From Callorhinchus milii (taxonomy: Eukaryota): a DNA stretch of 64,000 nucleotides. The stretch is taken from contig NW_024704743.1 in NCBI RefSeq assembly GCF_018977255.1, positions 20,090,001-20,154,000 on the forward strand. The letters run 5' to 3'. Below, piece by piece: positions 61,187 through 64,000 of this stretch. The position numbers and the translations under genes are program-made. The notes beneath the pieces are model-generated. The model worked only from the letters and a program-made list of their open reading frames with translations, was not told the DNA's origin and ran no database searches. Position 1 is the stretch's first letter, and each line of letters opens with the position of its first letter.

Positions 61187-64000
61187 TTATATATAGAATG
61201 ATTTCTGCTTCCAGTTTGAGGTGGAATGTTTATCAGAAAATACACTAGCAATAATATTTAAAATATGAAATTAAAAAGACCATTGACTTCTCATACACTG
61301 TTAACATGTTTTGTATATTAAGAAATAACAGAAATGTCCCCTCACCTTTTCAAATTGAACTTGGTATTTAATTTTTAGCTTAAAATGCTTTTTGTTTTAC
61401 ATTATATATGAATTATAATTGAAACATAGTCACTTCATTGCTATTCTTTGGTCATTCCCCCACCCACCGATTTTTTTAAAAAAAGTCCATTCCCTGATCC
61501 AATGATGCATGTAAAGATGCAATTCCACAGGTGCCAGTTCATGTGTGCCCAGGCAGTGATTGTTAGGCCATTGATTGTGGGAGGTATTGCAGATGAGCTT
61601 GATAGTGCTTTCACCCAAAATCAAAACACGTGCACTTTCCAGCAGTGGTCACAGGATAGTGATCAGGAGTAAGTACCTTCAGTATTTCCACCCAGCCTGC
61701 TTCTCCCTCCCCTCGCTTAGTCCACGAAGGACAGTTGTCGTACTCTGCTGTTATCTAGGCTGAGATCAATTACTTAACAACTGATCTCACCTCAGATTCT
61801 CATTTCATGCTCTACTTGTAACAGCAATGCTGTTGTGGAAGTTTACAAATAAACTTGAGTGGCAGCTAATTTTTGTACTACGCCAAATAATCTGGTTATC
61901 TTTATACACTGAAGCTATAAGAGTGGATTTTAAAGACACTATTATTTGTAAGATTTTAAGCGTATTCCTCTAGTTCTGACACATATTTGAATAAAAATAA
62001 GGAAATATTTAAAGAATATAGGAAAGAACACGGGAATGGGATTTGAGTAGATATCTTAATTGGAGAGTGAGCAACAGTACAGACTGGTACAATGGGTTCA
62101 ATGGCCCACTGTACTATGAACTGTAAATCTAGGACGACTCCATTAATAATGTACAAATTGGCATAGTGACAGTGTAGAGCAAAGAGTAATGCAATCTTTT
62201 AACATGCTACAAATTCGTTTGGAACAATAACCCAGAATGAGTCTTGGACTTCAGGAGATGATGAAGAAGGGGAGATTTTTTTAAAGTGCGAATTTATAAT
62301 TTGTGTCACTTGCCTGGGAAATTAAACCACACCCCACTTGTGGTGAATTGCAGTATGTGGAAGGGAGGATCGTCACTGTGAGGGCCTTGCTGAGATTCCT
62401 TAATGTGAAGTATAAAGTATGGTAGTGTTTAAAGTATGGGGAACCCTTTTCTAATGCTTTTCAATATAGCACTGCCTCACTTATAAGACCCTGAGATTAC
62501 GTGATGTAAAAGCATGAAAATCCTGTTATTAGGTGATTAGTGCTAGTAGGTTAGGTTGTGCAACAAGGGATTGCACAGTGTAACCTCCTGGCACTGGTGG
62601 GTTAGATTGTGATCGCACGAATAGCAGTATATATGAGATCTGCCAGCTAGCTTGATGAAGTCATGCACAACGTGCCTCAGTGCTGTTTCTGTTGCAGTTA
62701 AAAAAAACACAGAAGTACTGATTAATAGTGGCAATTTAGCGCCCTATCTTAAAACCTGAATTGTAATTTTCTGGGAAAATTTGCCTTTTTCAAATGTTAT
62801 TTCAAGTGTTATTTTACAACTTCTGATACACATGTGATAAAAAAAACCTTAAAGACAACAACTTGCATTTATATAGTGCTCTTGAAGTTGGGTAACATCT
62901 CAGAGAGCTTAACGTGGCTGAGCCTGAGACGAGTCAGAGAGAGGTGAGGGTACCATTTGAAGATGAGCAAGATGGGAGAAGGGGAGGAAACATTGTTTTG
63001 TAACCTGCTTTATTACTGCAAACCTATTTCAGGAAGTTAATAATACAGCTTTAAGAATGCTAGTTTCCTTTTACATAGATTTATTACATTGGATAATCAG
63101 GGCATTTAATTACCAGGTCTTCATTTTTTGTTTAAAAAAATACAAAAATGATTACTGAAGATAAAAGCTGTGACAAGTGGTAAGACATTATCATTAATTG
63201 TTTGGAGATATGCTGGAGGTATTGTTTTGTCACCGATGCCACTCAGTGTGGTGGACACAAATTCACAAATAATTGTCCTATTCCTTGTGCGCACTACAGT
63301 GTTTTTTGTCAAACACATACAAACAAATAAATAATCCTCACATTTGATATAGCACCTCTTGCTTTGGGAGTAAGTCTTTTAGTGTTTCACAGGATTTACT
63401 GGAAAGTGCAATGACTCTTTAGGCAAATGCAGCAGCCAATTTCGGCATAACATTGTTCTGCAAAATATTGCCAAATATTTGATACCAAATATTGCTTTCT
63501 TCTGTTCCAAGCCTGTCCATGTTTTTGGCTGTTCTTCTCGGTTCTATCCTTTTATTGTCTCTCTAAAAGTACTGTTATTCAATGGCTTTTGTATGGCGGC
63601 ATATGGATCTTAGATTTTGTTAGAATCCATCTTAAACTTCAAGTACCTTTTAAGATATGTATTGTAAAATAACTATAGTCAAATATGGAAAATAAGTAGT
63701 GGCAATTTAGTAGTACATAGACTTGTGAATTAGACCTATAATTTATGTTTAGGAAATATTGTCAACATCTCGGTAGCTTTATATTTTGGTATTACACCTT
63801 TTATTTTGTGTCCTTTACATTTATCCCTGTATATGACATTGGTGTTGTATTTTAGTCGTTGAGGTACTTCCTAGCACTTCAGCAAAGCATTTTAAACTAT
63901 ATCAGCTTCCAATGGATAAAATCCCACTATGTGTTTAGTTTCTCAGTTCTCTCTTTAAACAAAACTTTTTCAGTAATTTGTATTGAAATCTTACAGAAGC

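Noticed and set aside
1..64000. CRISPR arrays, rRNA, prokaryotic operons or an intact autonomous transposon
   Set aside because: None seen; the sequence is intron-containing vertebrate DNA and all mobile elements are fragments or non-autonomous.

Overview
Vertebrate genomic DNA, most likely a cartilaginous fish. The Deu-domain SINEs, tRNA-Ala-derived SINE, L2 and CR1 repertoire suggests a chimaera or shark; this is an inference. The window has two very different halves. Bases 1 to ~32,800 are gene-free and packed with retroelement fragments (L2, CR1, at least three SINE types), palindromic MITE-like elements, a probable non-autonomous Helitron, and a few unique enhancer-like islands. Bases ~32,900-61,200 are almost transposon-free and rich in CpG. 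This half contains the single-coding-exon SKIDA1 gene on the minus strand (46599-49046/49115) head-to-head with the first three coding exons of MLLT10/AF10 on the plus strand (57985-58129, 59078-59157, 60419-60473); MLLT10 continues beyond the window. I found no convincing novel protein-coding system. The most interesting points are the divergent SKIDA1-MLLT10 chromatin-regulator pair inside a broad CpG-rich, TE-excluding domain, an orphan CpG island downstream of SKIDA1, a uATG-dense SKIDA1 leader, a foldback inverted duplication around a CR1 fragment, and a Helitron-like element. Repeat boundaries and family names were assigned by eye and are approximate.
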